Under the pieces are notes generated by a model. That model was given only the letters and a program-made list of their open reading frames with translations, was not told the DNA's origin and did no database searches. A stretch of DNA of 64,000 nt from Squalus acanthias (taxonomy: Eukaryota), in assembly GCA_030390025.1 (NCBI GenBank), contig CM059449.1, positions 13,950,001 to 14,014,000 of the forward strand. The letters are read 5' to 3'. Within the stretch, counting starts at the first letter, position 1. The number at the start of each line of letters is the position of its first letter. Below are positions 34,343-48,739 of this stretch, piece by piece. The position numbers and the translations under genes are program-made.

Positions 34343-35622
34343 AGATGTTTGACAAATTTGCTGGAGTTCTTTGAGGATGTAACGAGCAGGGTGGATAAAG
34401 GGGAACCAGTAGATGTCGTGTATTTGGATTTCCAGAAGGCATTCGATAAGGTGCCACATAAAAGGTTACTGCACAAGATAAGAGCTCACGGGTTTGGGGG
34501 GTAATATATTAGCATGGATAGAGGATTGGCAAACTAACAGAAAACAGAGAGTCGGGATAAATGGATCATTTTAAGGTTGGCAAACTGTAACTAGTGAGGT
34601 GCCGCAGGGATCTGTACAGGGGCCTCAACTATTTACAATCTATATTAATGACTTGAATGAAGGGACCGAGTGCAATGTAGCCAAATTTGCTGATGATACA
34701 AAGATAGGTGGAAAAGCAAATTGTGTGGAGGAAGCAAAGAATCTCCAAAGGGATATAGATAGGTTAAGTGAGTGGGCAGGAATCTGGCAGATGTCGTATA
34801 ATGTGGGAAAATGCGAGGTTATCCTCTTTGGTAGGAAAAATAAAAAGAGCAAATTATTATTTAAATGAGAAGAGATTACAAAATGCTGAGGTACAGCGGG
34901 ATCTGGGGATCCTTGTACATGAATCACAAAAACTTAGCATGCAGGTACAGCAAGTAATTAGGAAGGCAAATGGAATGCTGGCCTTTATTGCAAAGGGAAT
35001 GAACTATAAAAGTAGGGTAGACCTGTTACAACTGTACAGAGGGTTGGTGAGACCACACCTGGAGTACTGCGTACAGTTTTTTCTCCTTATTTGAGGAAGG
35101 ATATACTTGCATTGAAGGCAGTTCAGAGAAGGTTCACGAGGTTGATTCCGGAGATGAAAGGGTTGTCTTTTGAAGAAAGGTTGAGCAGGTTGGGCCGATA
35201 CTCATCAGAGTTCAGAAGAATGAGAGGGGATCTTATTGAAACATATAAGAAGGGGCTTGACAGGGTAGATGCAGAGCGCATGTTTCCCCTCGTGGGGGAA
35301 TCTAGAACTAGGGGGCATAATTTCCGAATAAGGGGGCACCCGTTTAAAACGGAAATGAGGAGGATTTTTTTTCTCTCAGAGGGTCGAGAATCTTTGGAAT
35401 TCTCTTCGCCAGAGAGCTGTGGAGACTGGGTCATTGAATATATTTAAGGTGGAGATAGACAGATTTTTGAATGGTATGGCAGTCAAGGGGTATGAGGAGC
35501 GGGCAGGGAGGTGGAGTTGAGGCCAAGATCAGATCAGCCATGACCTTATTGAATGGCGGAAAGGCTTGAGGGGCCAAATGACCTGCTCCTGCTCATGCAT
35601 CTTATGTTCTTATGTTCTTATG
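34343..35622 (+). mobile_element. CR1 RT/3' fragment, frameshifted
   Basis: CLTNLLEFFE, DFQKAFDKVPH, FADD; (TTCTTATG)n tail. Confidence 0.92.
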
Positions 35623-36401
35623 TAAGCCAATTCCTTATCAAAGCTGCCACTGACCCATCTTTTCCATGAGCCTCAATGTGGTACTTTGTCAAACGCCTTC
35701 CGAAAATCCATGTTGACAACATCCATTGCATTCCCTTCATCAATCCTCCCTGTTACTTTATCAAAAAATTCAATTAGATTAATCAAACACGATCTGCCTT
35801 TTACAATTTCGTGTTGGCTCTCCTTAATTAGCTGAAACCTCTCCAAGTGCCCGTTAACTTTTTCCTTGATTATTGTTTCTAAAACTTTACCCACTACAGA
35901 TGTTAAACTGACCAGGCTACAGTTACTAGGATTGTCCTGACACCCTTTCTTGAACAATGTTGTCACATTTGCCACTTTCCAATTCTCAGGCACCTCCCCC
36001 ACATCTAGGGAAAATTGGAAAACTATGGCAAGCCCTTCCGCTTTCACCTCCCCCAATTCCCAAAGCAACCTGGGATGCAAGCCATCTGGACCTGGCGACT
36101 TGTGCACTCTAAGCATACCCAGCCATTCTAGTATATCCTGTCTATCAATTTTCAACCCTTCCATTGCTTCTACCTTTTCCACTTCTACCGATATTTTGTC
36201 AGCATTCAACTCCTTAGTAAACACCGAAAAAAGTATTAATTGAGTATTCTAGCCTTGCCCTGCACCTCGAAGCATATATCATCTTCTTTGTCTCTAATAG
36301 CCTCCACCCCGCCTCTTACTATCCGCTAACTGTTTGCATGGCAGTAGAAGATTTATAGGTTCCATTTTATGGTAACCGACATTCTACTCTCATATTCTCT
36401 C
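35623..36401 (-). mobile_element. CR1 internal fragment
   Basis: KSPGPDGLHPR...DFRKAFDKVPH on the - strand. Confidence 0.88.
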
Positions 36402-37296
36402 TGAAGGGATAATTACTAGTCCTAGTCCCTTTAGGGCTATCCCAGATCAGGCGTATTCCCCAGACGTTCACTTTCAACTAAAGTTTGAGGTAGCCGAATC
36501 CTAAAGACGCTTAATTGGCTCTGAATGTCTGGACCATCTCTCCCTAAAGGAAAGGAACAACCTGAAGATGTTACCGTCCTCCAGATAGCACTTTTAATAA
36601 GTTTAGCTAGACTGTAATGTTCCAGGTATTATGAGGGTCCGGAAAACTCCCTCAGAATTCTGCAACTCCTCACCAAAGAGCGTACAGAGAGTCAGTTCGC
36701 GAGTTTGATACAGAAGTATTATGTGAGCCAATTCTAAAAATATATAGATTTATTAAAGAACCGACATGTAATTACAGTAGGTGTTTCAATCGCAACATTG
36801 ACAGTTCCAAAAATAGAAAGCTTACAATTCTTATTATCAGATCTTAACTTCGCTACATTTTTACAGTTCACAGTCTTTATTCCAGGATATCCAACAAAAT
36901 CGAATACAGTACAATACCTTGATCCCCGAGGTACAAAGAGTTGTAGACTTACAGAGCTGCCTCTGAAGCCTGAAAATCGCTTTGCCCCTTTACAGTGAGA
37001 CTATCATCCCATTTCAAAGTTCAATATTTATATCCTTTTTCAGTGCTATTTCCTTTGAAGTTTTCTGCTGATGTAAGCTAATTATCTCTAGTCATTTTTC
37101 TGTTGATCCCTGCTATTCTTACAGTCACCTCAGCTGGGAGCAATGCAGAATTATGTCTCTACCCCAGGTGTTCCAAGTTCAACACAAAAACGGTTTGACG
37201 GCAGGTGTTCCTTTCAGTTGATGTCATTTTTCCGAAAGCATATGTTTCTTAATTTTATGTGTTTCTTTCCGAAGTGTAATTTAGAACACCTTAACA
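36402..37296 (-). mobile_element. Possible solo LTR
   Basis: The minus strand reads TGTTAAGG...CCCTTCA with a TATA-like (~37030) then AATAAA (~36750) order; no TSD found. Confidence 0.3.
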
Positions 37297-38070
37297 GGGT
37301 GTGCCATTATGTTATTTCCAAATCTTCAGACTTCAGGAGCCTCCAACCTCCTCTTTCAATAAGGTTATTGATTCAGTGTCAACAACTTATATTATCTCAA
37401 GGTCCGATACCAGTTTAGCATAACTTCCCAACTTTTCAATTCTATCAACCCTGACTGCTTGGTTTGCGGATGCTGGAAATCTGAAATAAAAACAAAAAAT
37501 GCTGGAAATGCTCAACAGGTCAGGCAGCATTTGTTCAGGGAGAAACAGAGTTAACGTTTCAGGTCGTTGACCTTTCGTCAGAACTGGAAACAGTTAGAGC
37601 AGTACCAGATTTTAAGCAAGTGTAGGGGCAGGGAAAGGGGAGAAGAACAAAAGGGAAGGTCTGTGACAGGCTGGAAGGCGGGAAAGATTAAAAGACAAAA
37701 GGGATGATGGTGCAAGGCAAAAGGAGATGGTAATGGGACAAGTAAAGAAAGCTGTAAATGGGAATGTCAGAATCATCAACAGCTGCCATGTGAAAAATAG
37801 GGGCAGAGGTTGTGTTCTGGAATTGTTGATCTCCTCCGCACTGTGGTTGTCTACTTTTCAGTTACTTCGAGTTCAACAACTTCAGACCTAACCTCTGCCA
37901 GTATTTCCAGTATTTTCTGTTTTAATGCCAAAATGTCTTATTTGTCCGTACAATTTCTAAATCTATAAGAATGCCACGTAAATGATTCGCTTGAACGCCC
38001 GTGTTGAACTAAATCTATAATATAAAGCCATACAGTGTTTTGTGTCCAGGTGTGCAGCATTTGCCCAGTG

Positions 38071-38143
38071 GCCCCAGTGGCCTAATGGATAAGGCACTGG
38101 CCTCCTAAGCCAGGGATTCTGGGTTCGAATCCCAGCTGGGGTG
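38071..38143 (+). tRNA. tRNA-Arg (anticodon CCT), intact
   Basis: GCCCCAGTGGCCTAATGGATAAGGCACTGGCCTCCTAAGCCAGGGATTCTGGGTTCGAATCCCAGCTGGGGTG: all four stems pair, A and B boxes present, T5 terminator at 38151-38155. Confidence 0.92.
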
Positions 38144-41100
38144 CTGTGAATTTTTAGTGTCCATATGCAGCACTCTCACGTCTGAGTCGGGAGGCTGTTG
38201 GCCCAACTCCAGAAACTTGAACACCAAAATCTCGGTAGCAGATTCAGAGGAACATATGGAACAGGAGTCAGCCAGCCTGTTCCGCCATTCAGTGAGATCG
38301 TGGCTGATCTGTGACCTCACTCCATATACCCACCTTTGGTCCATATCCCTTAATCCCTTTGGTTAACAAAAATCTATCAATCTCCGATTTTAAAATAACA
38401 ATTGATCTCGCATCAATTGCCATTTGTGGAAGAGAGTTCCAAACTTCTACTACCCTTTGTGTGTAGAAGTGTTTCCGAATTCCACTCCTGAAAGGTCCAG
38501 CTCTAATTGTAATTCTATTCCTAGAATTTTTTCCAATAATTTTCCCACAACCGAGGTTAGGCTGACTGGCCTGTAATCCCTTTCTCCCTTTTTAAACAAT
38601 GGTACCACATTAGCAGTCCTCCAGTCCTCCGGCGCCACACCTGTCGTCCGAGAGGATTGGAAAATGATGGTCAGAGCCTCTGCTATTTCCTCTCTTCCTT
38701 CTCTTAACAGCCTGGGATACATTTCATCCGGGCCTGGGGATTTATCCACTTTCAAAGGTGCTTAACCCCTTAATACTTCCTCTTTCACTATGTTTATTTC
38801 ATCTAATATTTCACACTCTTCCTCCCTGATTGTAATTTCTGCATCGTTCCTCTCTTTTGTGAAAACAGACACAAAGTATTCATTAAGAACCATACCCATG
38901 TCTTCCACCTCCACACACAGGTTACCTTTATGGTCCCTAATAGGCCCTACTCTTACTTTAGTTCTCCTCTTGCTCTTAATGTTTTTATAAAACATCTTTG
39001 GGTTTTCCTTGATTTTACTTGCCAATATTTGTTTATGCCTAATTTCCGTTTAATTTCCCCCTGCACTTTCTATACTCCTCTATGGTTTCAGCAGTATTGA
39101 GCCCTCGGTAACAGTCATAAGGTTCCCTTTTTTTCTTTATCCTTCTCAGTATGCCCCTTGACATCCAGGGAGCTCTAGATTTGTTAGTCCCAACCCTTTT
39201 CATTCAGGGAACCTACTATCTCCTCCTTGAGTGCCTCCTATTGCTCTGACACTGATTTAATTTCAAGTTTCTGTCTCCAGTCCACTTTGGCTAAATCACA
39301 TCTCAGCTTAGTAAAATTAGCTTTTCCCCAATTGAGAACTTTTATTCCTGGCCTAACCTTGTCATTTTCCATAACTACGCTAAATCTAACTGAATTATGA
39401 TCAATACCACCAATATGCTTTCCCACTGATACCCTTTCCACCTGCCCCGCTTCATTCCCTAAAATTAGGTCCAGAACCGCCCCCTCTCTTGTTGTGCTTA
39501 CTACGTACTGGCTAAAAAAGTTCTCCTGAATGCATTTTAAGAATTCTGCTCCCTCTATACTTTGCACACACTATTTTTATCCCAGTTAATATTAGGGAAT
39601 TTGAAATCCCATAATATTACTGCCCTAATTTTGCACGTCTCGGAAAATTGCCTACATTTTTTTGCTTTTTTTGATATATGTAAATGACCTGGATATTGGA
39701 ATACAGAGTAGAATTTCTAAATTTCTAAATCATCCTTGTAAACCTTCTCTGCACCATATCCAGTGCCTCTATATCCTTTTTATAATTTGGCGACCAGAAC
39801 TGCACACAGTACTCCAAGTGTGGTCTGACCAAGGTTCGATACAAGTTTAGCATAACTTCCCAACTTTTCAATTCTATCCCTCTAGAAATAAACCCTAGTG
39901 CTTGGTTTGCTTTTTTATGGCCTGTGTCGCAACTTTTAGCAACGTTAAATTCACCCGCCTTTGTCCTTTATTGGTGCAACAAAAAGTTCTTGTGGTTACC
40001 CACTCCACCAACTAGCCAGGAGATTTTTTTTAAGTGCATCAGCTCGCCCAAGCCCTTTTCAAAGTGGAAATCCAATAATGACAAACTGTCACCGTCACCG
40101 ATATAATTTGGGAACTGGTGGGTCGCTGCAGTGAATTGGGAGATTTCAATCCAACAGCAAAATTCAGATTCGTTGTAGCGCAAGGCAGCGAAGAGGCCGT
40201 GGTTTGTTTCTCGACTCAGCTCCTGGATGGAATTCACGTGCAACCATCGAGTGAATAAATAACTCAAGAAAGTTGTATTTCGATTTACTTTAATCATGGT
40301 GTGCAGAGCGTGTTCAATCTGTGCACGTTTCTATTGGAATGGCATGGGCCTCAATACAATGGGTTTAATGAGGTTACCGTAAACAAACCTATGTTGAGCC
40401 GATAAACTATAATTCAACGTGGACAAACTGATAAATTCAAAGCAGCAATGTGTTATTGTTGGTTTCCATACATCTTTGTGGATTTCAGAGAATCGCTGAT
40501 TGGTGGCAGAATCCCAAGTGTTGTGCAGTGGAAGTATGTGTTTTGTCACGCTAGTGCTTAGTCAGGTACACCTCGATATCTTTTACTTCTTGTTTCAACA
40601 TTAGAAGTGAGGCAGATGATCAGTTACGTAACAATATTAACAAACAGAATTGATACCTATCAATCGCTTATGGTTCCCTAACAATGGTTTTTTCTATTGT
40701 TATTCGAATTAGGTTAGCCTAGGTTATATACTACTAGCCCAGAAAGCTTAACAGGCAGCAAGAAGCTGTCCCTAACATTGTTGATGAACACAAAGCTTAA
40801 AGCGAAATTATGCATTGCCACTCGAAATATTAATCTTTCTCGGTCAGCTGCTGACTGAAACAGAACTTTTTCTACTTGCGAAATATATATATATACCGTT
40901 GCCAAAATTTCTACAAAAGCAAAACACTGCGGTTGCTGGAAATCTGAAATAAAAACAGAAAATGCTGGAAATGCTCAGCATTTCAGGCAGCGTCTGTGCA
41001 GAGAGAAACAGAGTTAACGTTTCAGGTCGTTGACCTTTCGTCAGAACTGGAAACAGTTAGAGATGTAACAGATTTTAAGCAAGTGTAGGGGCAGGGAAAG

Positions 41101-41532
41101 GGGGGAAGAACAAAAGGGAAGGTCTAAATAGGGTGGAAGGCGGGAGAGATTAAAAGACAAAAGGGATAATGGTGCAAGGCAAAAGGAGATGGTAATGGGA
41201 CAAGTAAAGAAAGCTGTAAATGGGAATGTCAGAATCATCAACAGCTGCCATGTGAAAAATAGGGGCAGAGGTTGTGTTCTGGAATTGTTGATCTCCTCCG
41301 CACTGTGGTTGTCTACTTTTCAGTTACTTCGAGTTCAACAACTTCAGACCTAACCTCTGCCAGTATTTCCAGTATTTTCTGTTTTAATGCCAAAATGTCT
41401 TATTTGTCCGTACAATTTCTAAATCTATAAGAATGCCACGTAAATGATTCGCTTGAACGCCCGTGTTGAACCAAATCTATAATATAAAGCCATACAGTGC
41501 TTTGTGTCCAGGTGTGCAACATTTGCCAAGTG

Positions 41533-41605
41533 GCCCCAGTGGCCTAATGGATAAGGCACTGGCCTCCTAAGCCAGGGATTCTGGGTTCGAATCCCAGCTG
41601 GGGTG
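41533..41605 (+). tRNA. tRNA-Arg (CCT), intact
   Basis: Identical to 38071-38143, followed by T5. Confidence 0.92.
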
Positions 41606-44600
41606 CTGTGAATTTTTAGTGTCCACATGCAGCACTCTCACATCTGAGTCGGGAGGCTGTTGGCCCAACTCCAGAAACTTCAACACCAAAATCTCGGCAG
41701 CAGATTCATGGGAACATATGGAACAGGAGTCAGCCAGCCTGTTCCGCCATTCAGTGAGATCGTGGCTGATCTGTGACCTCACTCCATATACCCACCTTTG
41801 GCCCATATCCCTTAATCCCTTTGGTTAACAAAAATCTATCAATCTCCGATTTTAAAATAACAATTGATCTCGCATCAATTGCCATTTGTGGAAGAGAGTT
41901 CCAAACTTCTACTACCCTTTGTGTGTAGAAGTGTTTCCGAATTCCACTCCTGAAAGGTCCAGCTCTAATTGTAAGACTATGCTCCCTATTCCTAGAATTT
42001 TTTCCAATAATTTTCCCACAACCGAGGTTAGGCTGACTGGCCTGTAATTACTCAGTCTATCCCTTTCTCCCTTTTTAAACAATGGTACCACATTAGCAGT
42101 CCTCCAGTCCTCCGGCGCCACACCTGTCGTCCGAGAGGATTGGAAAATGATGGTCAGAGCCTCTGCTATTTCCTCTCTTCCTTCTCTTAACAGCCTGGGA
42201 TACATTTCATCCGGGCCTGGGGATTTATCCACTTTCAAAGGTGCTTAACCCCTTAATACTTCCTCTTTCACTATGTTTATTTCATCTAATATTTCACACT
42301 CTTCCTCCCTGATTGTAATTTCTGCATCGTTCCTCTCTTTTGTGAAAACAGACACAAAGTATTCATTAAGAACCATACCCATGTCTTCCACCTCCACACA
42401 CAGGTTACCTTTATGGTCCCTAATAGGCCCTACTCTTACTTTAGTTCTCCTCTTGCTCTTAATGTTTTTATAAAACATCTTTGGGTTTTCCTTGATTTTA
42501 CTTGCCAATATTTGTTTATGCCTAATTTCCGTTTAATTTCCCCCTGCACTTTCTATACTCCTCTATGGTTTCAGCAGTATTGAGCCCTCGGTAACAGTCA
42601 TAAGGTTCCCTTTTTTTCTTTATCCTTCTCAGTATGCCCCTTGACATCCAGGGAGCTCTAGATTTGTTAGTCCCAACCCTTTTCATTCAGGGAACCTACT
42701 ATCTCCTCCTTGAGTGCCTCCTATTGCTCTGACACTGATTTAATTTCAAGTTTCTGTCTCCAGTCCACTTTGGCTAAATCACATCTCAGCTTAGTAAAAT
42801 TAGCTTTTCCCCAATTGAGAACTTTTATTCCTGGCCTAACCTTGTCATTTTCCATAACTACGCTAAATCTAACTGAATTATGATCAATACCACCAATATG
42901 CTTTCCCACTGATACCCTTTCCACCTGCCCCGCTTCATTCCCTAAAATTAGGTCCAGAACCGCCCCCTCTCTTGTTGTGCTTACTACGTACTGGCTAAAA
43001 AAGTTCTCCTGAATGCATTTTAAGAATTCTGCTCCCTCTATACTTTGCACACACTATTTTTATCCCAGTTAATATTAGGGAATTTGAAATCCCATAATAT
43101 TACTGCCCTAATTTTGCACGTCTCGGAAAATTGCTTACATTTTTTTGCTTTTTTTGATATATGTAAATGACCTGGATATTGGAATACAGAGTAGAATTTC
43201 TAAATTTCTAAATCATCCTTGTAAACCATCTCTGCACCATATCCAGTGCCTCTATATCCTTTTTATAATTTGGCGACCAGAACTGCACACAGTACTCCAA
43301 GTGTGGTCTGACCAAGGTTCGATTCAAGTTTAGCATAATTTCCCAACTTTTCAATTCTATCCCACTAGAAATAAACCCTAGTGCTTGGTTTGCTTTTTTA
43401 TGGCCTGTGTCGCAACTTTTAGCAACGTTAAATTCACCAGCCTTTGTCCTTTATTGGTGCAACAATAAGTTCTTGTGGTTACGCATTCCACCAACTAGCC
43501 AGGAGATTTTTTTTAAGTGCATCAGCTCGCCCAAGCCCTTTTTAAAGTGGAAATCCAATAATGACAAACTGTCACCGTCACCGATATAATTTGGGAACTG
43601 GTGGGTCGCTGCACTGAATTGGTAGATTTCAATCCAACAGCAAAATTCAGGTTCGTTGTAGCGCAAGGCAGCGAAGAGGCCATGGTTTGTTTCTCGACTC
43701 AGCTCCTGGATGGAATTCACGTGCAACCATCGAGTGAATAAATAACTCAAGAAAGTTGTATTTCGATTTACTTTAATCATGGTGTGCAGAGCGTGTTCAA
43801 TCTGTGCACGTTTCTATTGGACTGGCATGGGCCTCAATACAATGGGTTTAATGAGGTTACCGTAAACAAACCTATGTTGAGCCGATAAACTATAATTCAT
43901 CGTGGACAAACTGATAAAATCAAAGCAGCAATGTGTTATTGTTGGTTTCCATACATCTTTGTGGATTTCAGAGAATCGCTGATTGGTGGCAGAATCCCAA
44001 GTGTTGTGCAGTGGAAGTATGTGTTTTGTCACGCTAGTGCTTAGTCAGGTACACCTCGATATCTTTTACTTCTTGTTTCAACATTATAAGTGAGGCAGAT
44101 GATCAGTTACGTAACAATATTAACAAACAGAATTGATACCTATCAATCGCTTATGGTTCCCTAACAATGGTTTTTTCTATTGTTATTCGAATTAGGTTAG
44201 CCTAGGTTATATACTACTAGCCCAGAAAGCTTAACAGGCAGCAAGAAGCTGTCCCTAACATTGTTGATGAACACAAAGCTTAAAGCGAAATTATGCATTG
44301 CCACTCGAAATATTAATCTTTCTCGGTCAGCTGCTGACTGAAACAGAACTTTTTCTACTTGCGAAATATATATATATACCGTTGCCAAAATTTCTACAAA
44401 AGCAAAACACTGCGGTTGCTGGAAATCTGAAATAAAAACAGAAAATGCTGGAAATGCTCAGCATTTCAGGCAGCGTCTGTGCAGAGAGAAACAGAGTTAA
44501 CGTTTCAGGTCGTTGACATTTCGTCAGAACTGGAAACAGTTAGAGATGTAACAGATTTTAAGCAAGTGTAGGGGCAGGGAAAGGGGGGAAGAACAAAAGG

Positions 44601-45006
44601 GAAGGTCTAAATAGGGTGGAAGGCGGGAGAGATTAAAAGACAAAAGGGATAATGGTGCAAGGCAAAAGGAGATAGTAATGGGACAGTAAAGAAAGCTGTA
44701 AATGGGAATGTCAGAATCATCAACAGCTGCCATGTGAAAAATAGGGGCAGAGGTTGTGTTCTGGAATTGTTGATCTCCTCCGCACTGTGGTTGTCTACTT
44801 TTCAGTTACTTCGAGTTCAACAACTTCAGATCTAACCTCTGCCAGTATTTCCAGTATTTTCTGTTTTAATGCCAAAATGTCTTATTTGTCCGTACAATTT
44901 CTAATTCTATAAGAATGCCACGTAAATGATTCGCTTGAACGCCCGTGTTGAACCAAATCTATAATATAAAGCCATACAGTGCTTTGTGTCCAGGTGTGCA
45001 ACATTT

Positions 45007-45068
45007 GCCCAGTGGCCTAATGGATAAGGCACTGGCCTCCTAAGCCAGGGATTCTGGGTTCTGGGGTG
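45007..45068 (+). pseudogene. tRNA-Arg(CCT) deletion pseudogene
   Basis: Otherwise identical to the intact copies, but with a 10-nt deletion removing the T-loop/B-box and a collapsed 5' end. Confidence 0.88.
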
Positions 45069-48000
45069 CTGTGAATTTTTAGTGTCCATATGCAGCACTC
45101 TCACGTCTGAGTCGGGAGGCTGTTGGCCCAACTCCAGAAACTTGAACACCAAAATCTCGTTTGCAGATTCATAGGAACATATGGAACAGGAGTCAGCCAG
45201 CCTGTTCCGCCATTCAGTGAGATCGTGGCTGATCTGTGACCTCACTCCATATACCCACCTTTGGCCCATATCCCTTAATCCCTTTGGTTAACAAAAATCT
45301 CCGATTTTAAAATAACAATTGATCTCGCATCAATTGCCATTTGTGGAAGAGAGTTCCAAACTTCTACTAACCTTTGTGTGTAGAAGTGATTCCGAATTCC
45401 ACTCCTGAAAGGTCCAGCTCTAATTGTAAGACTATGCATCCTATTCCTAGAATTTTTTCCAATAATTTTCCCACAACCGAGGTTAGGCTGACTGGCCTGT
45501 AATTACTCAGTCTATCCCTTTCTCCCTTTTTAAACAATGGTACCACATTAGCAGTCCTCCAGTCCTCCGGCGCCACACCTGCCGTCCGAGAGGATTGGAA
45601 AATGATGGTCAGAGCCTCTGCTATTTCCTCTCTTCCTTCTCTTAACAGCCTGGGATACATTTCATCCGGGCCTGGGGATTTATCCACTTTCAAAGGTGCT
45701 TAACCCCTTAATACTTCCTCTTTCACTATGTTTATTTCATCTAATATTTCACACTCGTCCTCCCTGATTGTAATTTCTGCATCGTTCCTCTCTTTTTGAA
45801 AACAGACACAGAGTATTCATTAAGAAACATACCCATGTCTTCCACCTCCACACACAGGTACCTTTATGGTCCCTAATAGGCCCTACTCTTGCTTTAGTAC
45901 TCCTCTTGCTCTTCATGTTTTTACAAAACATCTTTGGGTTTTCCTTGATTTTACTTGCCAATATTTGTTTATGCCTAATTTCCGTTTAATTTCCCCCTGC
46001 ACTTTCTATACTCCTCTATGGTTTCAGCAGTATTGAGCCCTCGGTAACAGTCATAAGGTTCCCTTTTTTTCTTTATCCTTCTCAGTATGCCCCTTGACAT
46101 CCAGGGAGCTCTAGATTTGTTTGTCCCAACACTTTTCATTAAGTGAACCTACTATCTCCTCCTTGAGTGCCTCCTATTGCTCTGACACTGATTTAATTTC
46201 AAGTTGCTGTCTCCAGTCCACTTTAGCTAAATCACATCTCAGCTTAGTAAAATTAGCTTTTCCCCAATTGAGAACTTTTATTCCTGGCCTAACCTTGTCC
46301 TTTTCCATAACTACGCTAAATCTAACTGAATTATGATCAATACCACCAATATGCTTTCCCACTGATACCCTTTCCACCTGCCCCGCTTCATTCCCTAAAA
46401 TTAGGTCCAGAACCGCCCCCTCTCTTGTTGTGCTTACTACGTACTGGCTAAAAAAGTTCTCCTGAATGCATTTTAAGAATTCTGCTCCCTCTATACTTTG
46501 CACACACTATTTTTATCCCATTTAATATTAGGGAATTTGAAATCCCATAATATTACTGCCTTAATTTTGCACGTCTCGGAAAATTGCCTACATTTTTTTG
46601 CTTTTTTTGATATATGTAAATGACCTGGATATTGGAATACAGTGTAGAATTTCTAAATTTCTAAATCATCCTTGTAAACCTTCTCTGCACCATATCCAGT
46701 GCCTCTATATCCTTTTTATAATTTGGCGACCAGAACTGTACACAGTACTCCAAGTGTGGTCTGACAAAGGTTCGATACAAGTTTAGCATAACTTCCCAAC
46801 TTTTCAATTCTATCCCTCTAGAAATAAACCCTAGTGCTTGGTTTGCTTTTTTATGGCCTGTGTCGCAACTTTTAGCAACGTTAAATTCACCCACCTTTGT
46901 CCTTTATTGGTGCAACAAAAAGTTCTTGTGGTTACCCACTCCACCAACTAGCCAGGAGATTTTTTTTAAGTGCATCAGCTCGCCCAAGCCCTTTTCAAAG
47001 TGGAAATCCAATAATGACAAACTGTCACCGTCACCGATATAATTTGGGAACTGGTGGGTCGCTGCAGTGAATTGGGAGATTTCAATCCAACAGCAAAATT
47101 CAGATTTGTTGTAGCGCAAGGCAGCAAAGAGGCCGTGGTTTGTTTCTCGACTCAGCTCCTGGATGGAATTCACGTGCAACCATCGAGTGAATAAATAACT
47201 CAAGAAAGTTGTATTTCGATTTACTTTAATCATGGTGTGCAGAGCGTGTTCAATCTGTGCACGTTTCTATTGGAATGGCATGGGCCTCAATACAATGGGT
47301 TTAATGAGGTTACCGTAAACAAACCTATGTTGAGCCGATAAACTATAATTCAACGTGGACAAACTGATAAATTCAAAGCAGCAATGTGTTATTGTTGGTT
47401 TCCATACATCTTTGTGGATTTCAGAGAATCGCTGATTGGTGGCAGTATCCCAAGGGTTGTGCAGTGGAAGTATGTGTTTTGTCACGCTAGTGCTTAGTCA
47501 GGTACACCTCGATATCCTTTACTTCTTGTTTCAACATTAGCAGTGAGGCAGATGATCAGTTATGTAACAATATTAACAAACAGAATTGATACCTATCAAT
47601 CGCTTATGGTTTCCTGACAATGTTTTTTCTATTGTTATTCCAATTAGGTTAGCCTTAGTTAATTACTGCTAGCCCAGAAAGTTTAACAGGAAGCAAGAAG
47701 CTGTCCCTAACATTGTTGATGAACACCAAACTTAAAACAAAATTATGCATTGCCACTCGTAATACCAATCTTTCTCAGTCAGCTCCTGACTGAATCAGAA
47801 TTTTCTCTAACTACGAAATATATATACCGTTGCCAAAATTTCTTCAAAACCAAAATACTACGGATGCTGGAAATCTGAAATAAAAACAAAAAATGCTGGA
47901 AATGCTCAGTAGATCAGGCAGCATCTGTGGAGAGAGAAACAGAGTTAACGTTTCATGTCGTTGACCTTTCGTCAGAACTGGAAACAGTTTGAGATGTAAC

Positions 48001-48463
48001 AGATTTTAAGCAAGTGTAGGGTCAGGGAAAGCGGGGAATAACAAAAGGGAAGGTCTGTGTAAGGGTGGAAGGTGGGAGGATTAAAAGACAAAAGGGATGA
48101 TGCTGCAAGGCAAAAGGAGATGGTAATGGGACAAGTAAAGAAAGCTGTAAATGGGAATGTCAGAATCATCAACAGCTGCCGTGTGAAAAAATAGTGGCAG
48201 AGGTTGTGGTCTGGAATTGTCGATCTCCTTGCACTGTGGTTGTCTACTTTTCATTAACTTCGAGTTGAACAACTTCAGACATAACCTCTGCCAGTATTTC
48301 CATCGTTTTCTGTTTTAATGCCAAAATGACTTATTTGTGCGTACAATTTCTAAATCTATAAGAATACCACGGAAATAATTCACTTGAATACCTGTGTTGC
48401 AATAATTCTATGATAGAAAGCCATACTGTGCTTTGTGTCCAGGGGTAGAGTGCGCCTATAGTG

Positions 48464-48536
48464 GCCCCAGTGATCTAATGGGTAAAGCACTCGCCTTGTA
48501 AATCTAGAGTTTTGGGTTCGCGTCCCAGCTGGTGTG
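48464..48536 (+). pseudogene. tRNA-Arg-derived degenerate copy
   Basis: GCCCCAGTGATCTAATGGGTAAAGCAC...GGGTTCGCGTCCCAGCTGG; anticodon arm decayed; same position in the tandem unit. Confidence 0.75.
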
Positions 48537-48739
48537 TGTGAAACTTTCGTGTCAGAGTGGATCAATGGGTAACACTCTCACCTCTGGGTTCGAAAGCTGT
48601 TGGTCCAACGACAGAAACTTGAGCGTAAAAATCTCGGCAGCAGAGTCAGAGTTTCATCGGAACAGGAGTCGGCCTTTCAGCCCCTCGAGCCTGTTCCACC
48701 ATTCAATAAGATAGTGACCTGATCTTTGTCCTAACTCCA

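Noticed and set aside
37808-37845. RSS-like GGTTGTGTT-22 nt-CACTGTG in each young tandem unit
   Set aside because: The nonamer matches only 6/9 and lies in Penelope-derived sequence; no V, D or J segment is adjacent.
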